Part shown: in pieces, positions 21,542 to 32,227 of the stretch
Layout of the letters: each line of letters begins with the position of its first letter
Numbering within the stretch: the stretch's first letter is position 1
Assembly (NCBI GenBank): GCA_963674945.2
Contig: CAXXWQ010000004.1
Span: 3,104,001 to 3,168,000 of the forward strand
DNA length: 64,000 nt
Direction of reading: 5' to 3'
From: an uncultured Desulfosarcina sp.
Lineage (GTDB): Bacteria > Desulfobacterota > Desulfobacteria > Desulfobacterales > Desulfosarcinaceae
The notes under the pieces: model-generated
Seen by the model: the letters and a program-made list of their open reading frames with translations, nothing else
What the model was told of the DNA's origin: nothing
The model's database searches: none
Position numbers and translations under genes: made by a program

Positions 21542-23425
21542 ATGAAAAATCCTTTTTTCAAATTGATATCAGGTTTACTCGTACTATTCGCGGCGTTTTC
21601 GTTTATTGCCTGTTCAGAGGGTGTAGATGAAGGTGGTGGAACAACTCCGGCACAGATCGCGAGTTCCATCGCGATCGGCGTATCGGCCTCCTCGGTATCT
21701 TCGGGTGGTGAATCTTCAATTCAGGTTACGGCCTCACTTCTGGACCAGAACAACGCCGCCGTGGAGGGCGTGCCGGTGTCCTTTTCCGCAAGCACCGGGA
21801 AGTTGAGCATGGCCTCACTAGAGACGGATAGCAGCGGCCTCGCACAGGTCGACTTCAGTTCCGGCTATAACGATCAGAGCAACCGTACCGCCACCATCAC
21901 GGCGACGGCCGGAGCGCTGACGGCCCAGGTCCCGGTCCAGATCACCGGTTCAGCAGTTACGGTGAATCAAAACAAATCCACCCTCATCATCGGTGAGGCG
22001 CCGGATAGTCTGGAAATCTACGTGACCAACTCGGTCGGCACGGCAATCAACAACACGCCGGTAACCATTGCCGTCGCCGCCTCTTCTACGGGAAATGTAA
22101 CGATGACCCCAACTTCGGGCAACACGGGCGTGGAAGGCACCCTCGACGTTTCGGTTTCCGGAGCCAACGCCGGGACGGTCACACTGATGATCACTGCTGC
22201 CGGCGCCACGGCATCTTGCCAATACATGGTCGAATCAGCTGGTAATGTCTTGCAGATCACCAGTCCGACAGATCCGGCAAGCATGGCCACCGACCAATCC
22301 CTCACGATCGTGGTAGCCGATCCAAATCCCGGGCCGAGTAATCAGGTGGTGCTTTCCACCACACTGGGCACACTCACCAATGGGGGCAGTTCGGGGTCTG
22401 CGGTAATCCTTCCCGTGTCGGGCGGCCAGGTAACTGCCGTGTTGACCTCCAGCACCGCTGGTATTGCCACTATACAGGCCTATGACAAAGATTCCCCCGG
22501 CGTCACGGATAGCATCACGGTAGCCATGTATGCGCCGGCCAGCGACGCCAATAGCATCTCCATCCAGGCCAGCAATACCGTGGTGGCAGTCAGCACCGCC
22601 CAATCGAAGAATTCGGTACAAATCACCGCAAGGGTGCTCGACGATAATGATGTGCCGGTGGGACAGGCGCCGGTGGTCTTCACCATGACCAACACCACCG
22701 GTGGAGGTGAATATATCTCTCCAAGTATTGTCTATACCGATGTAACCGGGGTCGCGAAAACCACTTTCACATCCGGTTCTCTGAGTTCCGCCGGAGACGG
22801 GGTCCGCGTCTCCGCCTATGTCTTGGGCAGTAGTCCGACCATCGAAACCTTAGAGCCCGTGGAAATTATTATCGGTGGCACCGCAGGGTCCGTATCCATC
22901 GGCGTCAGCACAGATATCGAATCGGTAAACGAAGGAACCGCCTATCGCCTCGCAGTTTCCATTCTCGTGTCCGATTCCAATGGTAATCCGGTTCCCGGCG
23001 CTGAGGTGACAATGAACCTGTGGCCTTATTACTACTATGCAGGAAATGCCTACACGTCTACTCCCGAATATGATTGGTGGGGGCCTTTCGCAAATGAAGA
23101 CGATCCTGACAGGAATCTAAATTTGGATCCCGGCGAGGATCTCAACGATGATGGACAGCTGACACCGGGAATCTCGACAGCCGGAAGCATGCCCGGTGTG
23201 GTCACGGTGGATGAAAACGGTGTGGGAACCTTCGATTGGATCTATCTGAAGAGCTATGCCTGGTATGTCCGGGCTGAGATCAGTGCGAGCACATTCGTTC
23301 TGGGCAGCGAAACGACATCTTCCATCCTTCAACTGTTGATACCGTCCCAAGACGATGTGCAGGAAGGGTCCCTGGGGTGGTCGCCCTTCTTGCCCCCTAC
23401 CGGATTTGTTCCACCGACACCGTAA
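21542..23425 (+). CDS. Ig-like (invasin/Big-1 type) repeat lipoprotein
   Basis: Lipobox FIAC; repeated V...PV.F...TD..G.A units; Asp-rich NEDD.D.N.NLD.GED.N.DG.L.PG motif. Confidence 0.75.
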   Translation: MKNPFFKLISGLLVLFAAFSFIACSEGVDEGGGTTPAQIASSIAIGVSASSVSSGGESSIQVTASLLDQNNAAVEGVPVSFSASTGKLSMASLETDSSGLAQVDFSSGYNDQSNRTATITATAGALTAQVPVQITGSAVTVNQNKSTLIIGEAPDSLEIYVTNSVGTAINNTPVTIAVAASSTGNVTMTPTSGNTGVEGTLDVSVSGANAGTVTLMITAAGATASCQYMVESAGNVLQITSPTDPASMATDQSLTIVVADPNPGPSNQVVLSTTLGTLTNGGSSGSAVILPVSGGQVTAVLTSSTAGIATIQAYDKDSPGVTDSITVAMYAPASDANSISIQASNTVVAVSTAQSKNSVQITARVLDDNDVPVGQAPVVFTMTNTTGGGEYISPSIVYTDVTGVAKTTFTSGSLSSAGDGVRVSAYVLGSSPTIETLEPVEIIIGGTAGSVSIGVSTDIESVNEGTAYRLAVSILVSDSNGNPVPGAEVTMNLWPYYYYAGNAYTSTPEYDWWGPFANEDDPDRNLNLDPGEDLNDDGQLTPGISTAGSMPGVVTVDENGVGTFDWIYLKSYAWYVRAEISASTFVLGSETTSSILQLLIPSQDDVQEGSLGWSPFLPPTGFVPPTP

Positions 23426-23484
23426 ATCCCATTGATTCGGTCCTCCATGCGAGGGCCTGAGATGCAAAGCATTCAAATCTTATC

Positions 23485-23520
23485 AAGGCGTTGCCGATCA
23501 TCGTTCGGCAACGCTTTTTT
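23485..23520 (+). terminator. Intrinsic terminator ending the pil operon
   Basis: GCGTTGCCGA / TCGGCAACGC stem followed by T6. Confidence 0.8.
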
Positions 23521-23531
23521 ATTGTTATGGA

Positions 23532-24182
23532 TTACCCCTCGTAAATCACTGCCAGTATCGTTGCCGTGCCCTTTGCCGCGGCGATCAGGTGGGGTGTGGT
23601 GGACAGGTAGTAGGCGCTGTCTCCGGGTGACAGGTCGAAGTGGTCGTCGCCGATGTCCAAAGACACCGTTCCTTCCAGGACGTAGATGAACTCCTCCCCT
23701 TCGTGGACGGATCTTTCCGCCTCTTTCGTCTCTTCCAACTGGACGATGAGCGACTCCATGTGCCTGCCTTTGACTTCGGACGCCAGGCTCTTGTATGTGT
23801 AGGCCTGTCTCTTCCCCTTTTGGGATGTGGAGCGGGAGACGGTCTTTTGTTCTTTTTTGCGGGTAATGGCATACAGCTTCTCACCCACGCCGGAAACCAG
23901 TCTGCCCAAGGCGCTGTCCAGTGCCTTGGAAAGTTTGATGGCCGTTCCCAATTGGGGCTGGACTTCGCATCGCTCGATGCTGTCGAGAAGCTCCACATCG
24001 AAACCGGTCATGTGGGACAATTCTTCCAGCGAAATCCCCTTGGCCTGGCGGATCGCCTTGATCCGCTGCCCGATGTCCTCTTGTCCGTCTTTTGTTGCGC
24101 CACAGGCATCCGTGCCGATGCGACCGGTCAGGTCTTCGAAATAATCCACGTTGATGTGGGGTTTTTTGGGGCCTGTTTCCAT
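23532..24182 (-). CDS. XRE-HTH / cupin transcriptional regulator
   Basis: HTH followed by cupin HEGEEFIYVLEG. Confidence 0.9.
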   Translation of the reverse strand: METGPKKPHINVDYFEDLTGRIGTDACGATKDGQEDIGQRIKAIRQAKGISLEELSHMTGFDVELLDSIERCEVQPQLGTAIKLSKALDSALGRLVSGVGEKLYAITRKKEQKTVSRSTSQKGKRQAYTYKSLASEVKGRHMESLIVQLEETKEAERSVHEGEEFIYVLEGTVSLDIGDDHFDLSPGDSAYYLSTTPHLIAAAKGTATILAVIYEG

Positions 24183-24241
24183 GACATTACTCCTCGTTCA
24201 TCCATTTGAAATGGGCCTGTTTGGCAATTGCTTCATGACGG

Positions 24242-25390
24242 TCAGCATCCGATGTAACGGGAAATGACGATGCGCTGCACCTCCGAGGTTCCCTCTCCGA
24301 TGTCCAGCAGCTTCTGGTCCCGGTAGAAGCGTTCCACATCATACTCCTTCATCAGGCCGTAGCCCCCATGGATCTGAACGGCATGATTGGCAACCCTTCC
24401 CATGAGTTCCGAGCAGTAGAGTTTGGCCATGGCGGCTTCCTTCTCAAACGGGCGCTTTTGGTCGCGGAGCCAGCACGCCTTGTAGAGAAGATTGCGCCCG
24501 CATTCGATCTCCACGGCACTGTCCGCCAGTTTGAATGCGACGGCCTGGAATTTGGAAATGGGCTGGCCGAATTGTTCTCGATGCTGGGCGTATTTCAAGG
24601 CCGTATCGTAGGCCCCCTGGGCACCGCCGAGGCCCATTGCGGCAATGGAAAGTCTTCCACCATCCAACGTTTTGAGCATCTGGTGAAATCCGTCTCCTTG
24701 TTCTCCCAATATATTTTCTGCAGGCACGCGTACGTCGTCGAAGTAGAGTTCCGCCGTGTTGGAGCCGCGCCACATCATCTTCTTTTTCATGGGGACGGCC
24801 GTGAATCCAGGCGTGCCGCGCTCCACAATGAAACAGGTGTATTCGGGTTTGCCGTTTGGACGGGTCCCGGTCACGGCCTGGACCGTCACCCCAAGGGTCA
24901 TGTCGCAGGCCGCATTGGTAATGAATATCTTGGAACCGTTGATCACCCATTGGCTGCCATCTTTGACCGCCGTTGTTTTCGAGCCGCCGGCATCGGAACC
25001 GGCTGTGGGTTCGGTGAGCCCGAAACCCCACAATGCCTCTCCATTGCAAAGCGGGGGCAGGTACTTCTGTTTTTGTGCTTCGTTACCGAAATAGTAGAGG
25101 GGGCCGATGCCCAGAGAGTTGCCAGCGGCAATGGTGGCCGCCTGGGATCCGTCCACCCGTGCGATTTCCTCCACGGCGATAATATAGGAGAGGTAGTCCA
25201 TTGCCTGGCCGTCGTAGGCCTCCGAAACAAACATGCCAAAGAGGCCGATCTCACCCATCTTTCGTGTGAGTTCGGACGAAAACGCCTCCCGTTCGTCGAG
25301 ATCCAAGGCCACCGGTGCAATTTCGCTCTTGGCGAACTTGCGGACTTCCTTGCGGATCATCTCCTGCTCCCTGGTCAAGTCAAAATCCAC
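24242..25390 (-). CDS. Acyl-CoA dehydrogenase
   Basis: LTEPTAGSD, NGSKIFITN, REQFG, QIHGGYG, IGEGTSEVQ; GTG start with GGAGG. Confidence 0.95.
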   Translation of the reverse strand: MDFDLTREQEMIRKEVRKFAKSEIAPVALDLDEREAFSSELTRKMGEIGLFGMFVSEAYDGQAMDYLSYIIAVEEIARVDGSQAATIAAGNSLGIGPLYYFGNEAQKQKYLPPLCNGEALWGFGLTEPTAGSDAGGSKTTAVKDGSQWVINGSKIFITNAACDMTLGVTVQAVTGTRPNGKPEYTCFIVERGTPGFTAVPMKKKMMWRGSNTAELYFDDVRVPAENILGEQGDGFHQMLKTLDGGRLSIAAMGLGGAQGAYDTALKYAQHREQFGQPISKFQAVAFKLADSAVEIECGRNLLYKACWLRDQKRPFEKEAAMAKLYCSELMGRVANHAVQIHGGYGLMKEYDVERFYRDQKLLDIGEGTSEVQRIVISRYIGC

Positions 25391-25442
25391 GACGACCTCC
25401 TTTCAGTGGCATGGAAGAAGCGCTATGTGAACGAAAGAACCC

Positions 25443-26912
25443 TTATTTTTCCGGCTCCTGCCAACCGGGCAGGGAATAGGCGGATAAAATCCTTCCGGTT
25501 CGGGTTTCCAGTTCCACCCATGCCTGGCGCAATGCCACCAGTGACAAGGCCAGATTGCTCTGGGCGGTAATCAAATCCCGTTGGGCCTCGTTCAGACGAA
25601 CCAACGAAACCTGGCCGGCATTGTACTCCTTTTCCACGAGGTCCCGCGTTCGGGCCACGAGTTCCGAGTTTTCCCGTTGAAGGGCCACCTGGGACTGCGC
25701 CGTGGAGACCAACTCTGCGGCCTTACGGATTTCAGATGCAGCAGAGACGCTGAGTTCTTCCAGCCGTTTCTCCAGTTCCATCTGACGATGCCGGGCTTCG
25801 GTCACCCTGGCCTTGGTCAATCCACCGGAAAAGATGTTGTATGAAAGCCCCAGCGAAATGGTGTTGCCGAAGTCATCCCCCTCGAATCCCAGATCTTCCG
25901 CCCGTTCACCGTCGATGCTTCCGGCCAGAACAATCGAAGGGTAATAGTCGGAGCGGGCAATTTCTTCCTGGGCTTCACTCTGCTTGATCGTCCAACGAAG
26001 CTGCTGGATATCCGGCCGTGCTTCCATCGCGCTGACAAGCAATTCATCCACGGGCGGGGTCGTGAGCTCCCTTTCGGTCTCGCGGGAAAGCCGCGCCAAT
26101 CCCACATGAGCGGGTAGTCTGGAATCGGATCGTCCCAACAATGCGGCCAGTCCATAAAGAGCGGTCTGATACTCGTACTCCTGGTTGATGCGATTGGTCT
26201 TGGCCTGGTTCATTCTTACCTGAAAATTGAGCACACTGGAAAGAGCGCCCGTCCCCACACGGTTTCGTGCTTTTGCATCGACAAGCTGTTTCTGGTTAAA
26301 ATCTTCGTCGGCCTTGGCAATGGCAATGTTCTCCGAGGCCAACTGAGCCGAATAGTAGGCGAAGCTGACGGCGGAAATCAGCAACCGTCGCGCATCGTTC
26401 AGGGCGGCCTTGCTGGAATTTTCACCATATCGGGCCAAGGCGTTGGTAAATTTCCGTTCGAATCCGTCGAATACGGTCCAGGATGCGATCAGGCTGGCCT
26501 TGAAGTAGTTCTCGGGATTATCGACAGCGGATACGGATGGGTCAAATAATTGGGCCAATCGGGCGAGGCCCAGATTCTGTTGATAGTCGTTTTCGGACAA
26601 ATCGACCCTGGCCCCCGATGCATTGATGTCCAATCGCGGCCAATAGGTGGATTTTGCCTGTTCCACCTGGGCTTTTGCCTGTTGAACCCGGGTAGCTGAT
26701 GCCTGGAGACCGGGATTTCCGGCCAGGGCCACGTAGACGGCGGTCCTGAGATCCAAAATTTGGATTTTATCCCAATCCACAACCTGTGCATGGTTGGGTT
26801 GGGTTTCCATCGTCATTTCACCGTCTGCCGGTTTTTCCGCCGATTGTCCCACGGGAACAATCACCAACCCGAAGAAAAAAAGTATTACGATCCAGTTGAA
26901 ACAATTTTTCAT
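25443..26912 (-). CDS. TolC-family outer membrane efflux protein
   Basis: Signal peptide, two OEP repeats (YWPRL / YYPSI); RND operon context. Confidence 0.9.
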   Translation of the reverse strand: MKNCFNWIVILFFFGLVIVPVGQSAEKPADGEMTMETQPNHAQVVDWDKIQILDLRTAVYVALAGNPGLQASATRVQQAKAQVEQAKSTYWPRLDINASGARVDLSENDYQQNLGLARLAQLFDPSVSAVDNPENYFKASLIASWTVFDGFERKFTNALARYGENSSKAALNDARRLLISAVSFAYYSAQLASENIAIAKADEDFNQKQLVDAKARNRVGTGALSSVLNFQVRMNQAKTNRINQEYEYQTALYGLAALLGRSDSRLPAHVGLARLSRETERELTTPPVDELLVSAMEARPDIQQLRWTIKQSEAQEEIARSDYYPSIVLAGSIDGERAEDLGFEGDDFGNTISLGLSYNIFSGGLTKARVTEARHRQMELEKRLEELSVSAASEIRKAAELVSTAQSQVALQRENSELVARTRDLVEKEYNAGQVSLVRLNEAQRDLITAQSNLALSLVALRQAWVELETRTGRILSAYSLPGWQEPEK

Positions 26913-26940
26913 TTTTTTTCGCCTTCTGCAGTAAAGAAAA

Positions 26941-29900
26941 TCAATTACAAACATCTACCGATTGCGTCCTACTATATGAATCGCGATCGTCCATCAATAG
27001 ATCCTTGTGGCGATCCCGAGCCGGTTCCACTTCTATGCGTTTAGGCCATCGGCCATGCCGAAAACGATGCACCAACAGACGAAAATCATTTGCGATCACC
27101 AGCAAGCTGGGGATAAGCACCAGTGTTAAAACGGTGGCAAAGGCCAAGCCGGCGGCGACGGAGAGTGCCATGGGAATCAATACCCTGGCCTGCAGATCCG
27201 TTTCCATGATCAAGGGTGCCAAACCGCCGATAGTGCTCAGGCTGGTGAGAAAGATGGCCCGGAATCGCCGTGCACCACCCTTTAAAATGGCGTCGAAAAA
27301 GGGCATCTCACAGGCAAGATTCTCATTGACCCTTTCGATGAGAACGATGGCATCGTTGACCACTACACCGGTAAGGGCCACCATACCGAAAATGCTCATC
27401 ATACACAAGTCATGCCCAAAAAGCAGGTGGCCAAGCACGGCACCGATGATGCCGAAGGGAACGGTAAACATGATTACCAACGGCTGCAGATAGGATCGAA
27501 ACATTGTAGCGATGATGATGAATATGCCCAATATCGCAAGGGGAAAACCGTAGAACAGCGTACTGAAGGATTCGCGTACCTTTTTCTTTTCCCCCTGAAG
27601 GTCAACAAAGATCCCGGGGTGGCGTTTCTTTAGCAGGGGAAAGTAGTTTGCCGACAATTCGGCAAAAATCTCGTTGGCGTTGGCCTTGTTGGAATCCACA
27701 TCGGCGCTGACTGCCACTCGTCGCATGCCGTCGGTCCGGGTGATGGTTGCGTATCCGGAAGAAAAGGAGACGTCCGCCACCGATAACAAGGGGACCTCAA
27801 AGCCGCTGGAAGTGCGGATTCTTACCCGTTCCAGATCGGATAACCGACGCCGTTCATCCGCCGTATATCGTACCTTTACCCGGATGTCATCCCGCCCCCG
27901 CTGCAGGCGAAGCGCCTCCACACCATAGTATCCCGCGTAAATCTGTCGGGCCATATCCTCCACGGTGAGGCCCAGTGTTCGGGCTTCGGGTTTGAGGCGA
28001 AGGCGCATTTCGTTTTTCCCCGGTGAAAAATCAGACCGGATCTGGTAGACACCCTCGAATTTTCGCAGCCGCTCCATCAGTTCGTCTGTCGCGGCCAAGA
28101 TTTCTTCCATATCATGGCCTTGGAGCCACACTTCGATGGGATCGCCGGGAGGACCGGCCGCCATGGCGGTGAAGGTCAGGCTTTTGACGCCGGGCAGGAT
28201 ACCCACTTCCTTTTCCCATCCGACCATGAGTTCTTCCAATGGAACGCCACGATCCTCGCTATCGAGGAGAAAGGCCTGGACCGCGCCGAAGTTGGGACCC
28301 GTTTGAGGACTTGAACCCATGGTCTGTCCCACCAGGCTCAACCGCTTTTCTATCAGGGGGTCTCCGGATCGTGTCGGGGTTGTCTCCCCCAGCCGAAGCA
28401 AGGCCGCTTCGATCTGCCCAATGGCCTGTCGGGTTGTTTCCGGCGGCGTACCACTGGGAAACTCGACGGTACTGGTCATGACGAATCCATCCAACTTCGG
28501 GAAGACCTGGAATTTGATGATTCCGCTTTGTACCAGCCCGGCGGTGAGCATGAGGATGGCGATGGCAATGGTGAGAGAGACGTACCGCCAGTCAAGCGCC
28601 TTGCTGAGAAGTGGCAGATAGATGTGGATTACGAAGTGCTCCATCCATCGGGCGGTGGCCTTTTGCACTCCTAAAAGGCGCCGGAACAAACCACTGGAAG
28701 GGGCCTTTTCCTTATTCGGGTCGGGCAGGTGGCTCAGATGGGCGGGGAGCAAAAAGAGGCATTCGATCAGTGACACCATGAGACAGGCAATCACCACGGC
28801 TGGCAGGATGGCGATGAATTTACCCATGATACCGCCCACATAAAACAGGGGAATGAAAGCGACGACGGAAGTGAGAACGGCGGCAACGACCGGCATGCCC
28901 ACTTCCGAAACGCCGTCGACGGCGGCCTTGAGTGCGGGCTTGCCCTGTGAACGGTGAACGTAGATCGCCTCTCCCACCACGATGGCATCGTCCACCACGA
29001 TGCCCAATACCATGATCAGTCCGAAAAGGCTGATCAGGTTGATGGTGCCGCCAAGGGCCCACAGGATGACCAATGCGCCTGCGATGGAAACGGGAATGCC
29101 CAGACCGGCCCAAAAGGAGAGCCTGGCATTGAGAAAACACCAAAGCAGAAAAAAGACGATGAAAAGCCCGATGATACCGTTTTTCAACAGCAGGTCAATT
29201 CGTGACCGGAGCATGAACGTTCTGTCGAAAAGCACCTTCATGTTGGCACCTTCCGGGATCATGGCCTGTTTTTCCCTGGCGTATTGTTGGATCGTCTTGG
29301 AGATCGCCAGGGCGTCCTCTTCGGGTGTCTTGAATACGACGACAAGAACCGCAGGCTCTCCGTTGACGGTAGCGGCGATGGGGTCTTCGGTGAAACCATC
29401 GTCGATATGGGCCAGGCGATCCAAGGTGATCACCTCGCCCTCGGGCCGGGCGAGCACCACGATGTCGGCCAATTCCGCCCCGGTGTACTTCCGGCCCATG
29501 GTACGTACCCGTATCTCCTCTTCCCGTGTTCGGATGGTGCCACCGGCCAGATTGAGGCTGCTGCGACGCACGGCGGCGGCCACCTGGGAAAAGGTGAGTC
29601 CGTATTCGCGCAGGCGTTCTTCGGAGACCTCGATGGCGATTTCGTATTCCCGCGCACCGAAGATGGCCACCTGACTGATGTTGGGAAGTCGTTGAACCTC
29701 GTCTTTGACCTGTTCGGACCACTCCTTGATCCGTCGTTCGGACATGTCACCGGAAAGGTAGAGCAATATCACCAGGTCTTTGGCGATCAATTCACTGATA
29801 ACCGGTTTTTCCGCATCCACCGGAAAGGTGGAGATGGCATTGACCTTGGTGCGAACCCGGTCGAGCACCTCCTCCACATCGTAATCCTCCCGGACTTCGA

Positions 29901-30180
29901 TATTGGCTGTCCCGATGCCTTCGGCCGACTGGGTGGTGTACTGCTTGATGCCTTCCAACCCCTCGATGGCCTCTTCGATCTTGCGGCTGATGCCCTCTTC
30001 CACCTCTTCGGGGTCGGCCCCGGGGTAGGCAACCGTGATGTTAATCATATCAAGGGAGATTTCGGGGAACGTCTCCCGCACCAGGTTCGCCGCTGCGAGG
30101 AAGCCGGCGATGAAAATCAACACTAGGACGATATTGGCAAAAACCGTGTTGCGGGCAAATGCGGCGATGATCCCTTTCAT
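26941..30180 (-). CDS. RND efflux transporter permease (AcrB family)
   Basis: 1079 aa, GIVVDDAIV, RFRAIFLTS. Confidence 0.95.
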   Translation of the reverse strand: MKGIIAAFARNTVFANIVLVLIFIAGFLAAANLVRETFPEISLDMINITVAYPGADPEEVEEGISRKIEEAIEGLEGIKQYTTQSAEGIGTANIEVREDYDVEEVLDRVRTKVNAISTFPVDAEKPVISELIAKDLVILLYLSGDMSERRIKEWSEQVKDEVQRLPNISQVAIFGAREYEIAIEVSEERLREYGLTFSQVAAAVRRSSLNLAGGTIRTREEEIRVRTMGRKYTGAELADIVVLARPEGEVITLDRLAHIDDGFTEDPIAATVNGEPAVLVVVFKTPEEDALAISKTIQQYAREKQAMIPEGANMKVLFDRTFMLRSRIDLLLKNGIIGLFIVFFLLWCFLNARLSFWAGLGIPVSIAGALVILWALGGTINLISLFGLIMVLGIVVDDAIVVGEAIYVHRSQGKPALKAAVDGVSEVGMPVVAAVLTSVVAFIPLFYVGGIMGKFIAILPAVVIACLMVSLIECLFLLPAHLSHLPDPNKEKAPSSGLFRRLLGVQKATARWMEHFVIHIYLPLLSKALDWRYVSLTIAIAILMLTAGLVQSGIIKFQVFPKLDGFVMTSTVEFPSGTPPETTRQAIGQIEAALLRLGETTPTRSGDPLIEKRLSLVGQTMGSSPQTGPNFGAVQAFLLDSEDRGVPLEELMVGWEKEVGILPGVKSLTFTAMAAGPPGDPIEVWLQGHDMEEILAATDELMERLRKFEGVYQIRSDFSPGKNEMRLRLKPEARTLGLTVEDMARQIYAGYYGVEALRLQRGRDDIRVKVRYTADERRRLSDLERVRIRTSSGFEVPLLSVADVSFSSGYATITRTDGMRRVAVSADVDSNKANANEIFAELSANYFPLLKKRHPGIFVDLQGEKKKVRESFSTLFYGFPLAILGIFIIIATMFRSYLQPLVIMFTVPFGIIGAVLGHLLFGHDLCMMSIFGMVALTGVVVNDAIVLIERVNENLACEMPFFDAILKGGARRFRAIFLTSLSTIGGLAPLIMETDLQARVLIPMALSVAAGLAFATVLTLVLIPSLLVIANDFRLLVHRFRHGRWPKRIEVEPARDRHKDLLMDDRDSYSRTQSVDVCN

Positions 30181-31535
30181 GATCGCTTCTCCACATCCGA
30201 CTCGTCATCCACGACTTCGAGAAGGGTATTTTCCAGAGGATCCACAAGCCGGGTGAGAACGACCGTATCTCCCGGGGAAAGGCCGCTTGAAACGTATGCG
30301 TACTCGTCTTCGATTCGCACCACTTCGACGTCCACGGTCTTCAATCGACGATCGGCGTCCACCAGATGGGCTTTGTTCGTGAAACTCACGGCCTGACGGG
30401 GCAGACGATGGACTCCTTTGAGTGTGCGGCCCGGAATTTCCACCATGCAAAACATACTCTCCACCAGCGGCAGGGATGCGCCTTGTCCCTTTGTTGCGTC
30501 TTCTGCGGTGACCCGTATCGCCACCTTGAGGGTCCGCGTTCGCTCATCAAACGCCACCACGCGGTTCAAGGTTCCAGTCCATGCCGTTCCCGCCTTATCC
30601 TCGGTCCATCGGATAGTGCATTTCACGGGTGTAAGGTGGGGAAACCAGGCAATTGACAGGTCTCGGGCGGGTAAGGATTTGAATTGGAGCCATTGTCGGG
30701 CATCCCGGCTGTCCAGGGGAACTTGGATCTCCAGCAGGCTATCGTCGGCTAGGGTCAACAGGGGCTGGCCGGGGGAGACATATTGCTCATTTTCCACAGA
30801 TACTGATTTGATACGGGCATCGAAAGGCGCGGTTACCGTGCAGCGAGACAGGTTGGCTTGGGCCACCGAAAGACGGGCCTGGGCCGAAAGCAGGTTGCTC
30901 TCGGCCTCTTTTATCCGATGGGGGTAGAGGCTTACCGCCTGTTTCATCTGATCGGCCTGGTCCGAGACACTATTGTATGTCCTTTCCGCCTGATCGACTC
31001 CGGATTGGGTTCCCACGCGACTTTTTTCGAACAGGCGTTTTACCCTATCGAATTCAATGCGTGCCAGTTCAGCGCTTCGGATCAGCGTCTTCATGCGCTG
31101 TGTGTCGATCTCCCATTGCTTTTTCAACCTGGCCACAGTGCTCTGCCACTGGGCCACCATTGCCCTGGCCTCCTGTTGCCCTGCCTCATAATTGGCCGGA
31201 TCAATGGAGAAAAGCACCTCACCAGCAGAAATGATGCGCCCCACCTTTAATTTCGGGTGGGTATGGACTACTTTGCCGGAAACCTCGGGAGAGATGGTCA
31301 CCTCCGTTACCGGCCGTGCCTCCCCATATCCGGTGATGGTCACTTCGTAGTTACCGGGTTGGGTCACGATAGCTTTCACCTTCAGGGCCTTCTCTTCTGG
31401 CTTTGCCTCGGTGGGAGGCGTCTTCAGGCTCGCCAATCCCTTCATCCCCACCCAGCCAATCAGAAGAATGACGGTACAAACAGCAATGCGAATCAGGATG
31501 TGCTTTTTTGCATCACGTTTTTCGTGTTCTTCCAT
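30177..31535 (-). CDS. RND efflux periplasmic adaptor (MFP)
   Basis: PEVSGKV / APFDA lipoyl halves around a coiled-coil hairpin. Confidence 0.92.
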   Translation of the reverse strand: MEEHEKRDAKKHILIRIAVCTVILLIGWVGMKGLASLKTPPTEAKPEEKALKVKAIVTQPGNYEVTITGYGEARPVTEVTISPEVSGKVVHTHPKLKVGRIISAGEVLFSIDPANYEAGQQEARAMVAQWQSTVARLKKQWEIDTQRMKTLIRSAELARIEFDRVKRLFEKSRVGTQSGVDQAERTYNSVSDQADQMKQAVSLYPHRIKEAESNLLSAQARLSVAQANLSRCTVTAPFDARIKSVSVENEQYVSPGQPLLTLADDSLLEIQVPLDSRDARQWLQFKSLPARDLSIAWFPHLTPVKCTIRWTEDKAGTAWTGTLNRVVAFDERTRTLKVAIRVTAEDATKGQGASLPLVESMFCMVEIPGRTLKGVHRLPRQAVSFTNKAHLVDADRRLKTVDVEVVRIEDEYAYVSSGLSPGDTVVLTRLVDPLENTLLEVVDDESDVEKRS

Positions 31536-31570
31536 CTTACCCGCCTCTTCTTTGGCAACGATCGTGAAAG

Positions 31571-32032
31571 TTAATTGTCGTTCAGCACCTTGCTGATTTC
31601 CCGGAGCACCTCACACCACTTTTTCGTGGTTTCCGGTCCGATTGCCTTCACCAGTTCCATAAAAGATGCCAGGACCTTTTCTTGAACGCGTGCAATATCT
31701 TTTCGGGCTTCCGGTGAGACCTGGATGACTACTTTTCGTCGATCCTGTCGGCAGGGTGTCCGGGTCAAGAGCCCCCGTTCCACCAGGCGATCCACCATTG
31801 CCGAGACAGATGGCGGGGACACGCCCAAGTGTGCCGCCAGTTCACTCACCGATACAGCCTCACGGGCATTGATTATCACGATCATGTTTATCTGCGGTGC
31901 CGACAGGTCGCCCAGCCTTCCCTCGGCCATACGGATGTACTCGCCGGTGGTCACACGTTGTATACGATCATGGATCATTCGGCCCGTTGTAGAGATATAG
32001 CGGGCACTTTCCAAAAAATCTTGTTCAGACAA
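31571..32032 (-). CDS. MarR-family regulator
   Basis: VSPPSVSAMVDRLVERG...DRR; TTG start with GGAGGT. Confidence 0.92.
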   Translation of the reverse strand: MSEQDFLESARYISTTGRMIHDRIQRVTTGEYIRMAEGRLGDLSAPQINMIVIINAREAVSVSELAAHLGVSPPSVSAMVDRLVERGLLTRTPCRQDRRKVVIQVSPEARKDIARVQEKVLASFMELVKAIGPETTKKWCEVLREISKVLNDN

Positions 32033-32051
32033 TGATACCTCCGCATTTCAG

Positions 32052-32063
32052 TATGATTTCATA
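32052..32063. promoter_or_regulatory. Possible MarR operator palindrome
   Basis: TATGA-TT-TCATA palindrome 20 nt upstream of marR; TTGACA on the minus strand at 32086-32091. Confidence 0.35.
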
Positions 32064-32227
32064 ATAGACGCCAAGGCGAATTTTTTGTCAAATAAAATAT
32101 TTGTTTTTCTAATTAATAGTTTTTCGAATGATATAGATTGCCTCTTTAACCTTAAAGTAAGTTTTTCCGGGGCCGATATTGATGGTAACATGATAATTTC
32201 GCCAAACAGGCGTCTTGAACGGAAATA

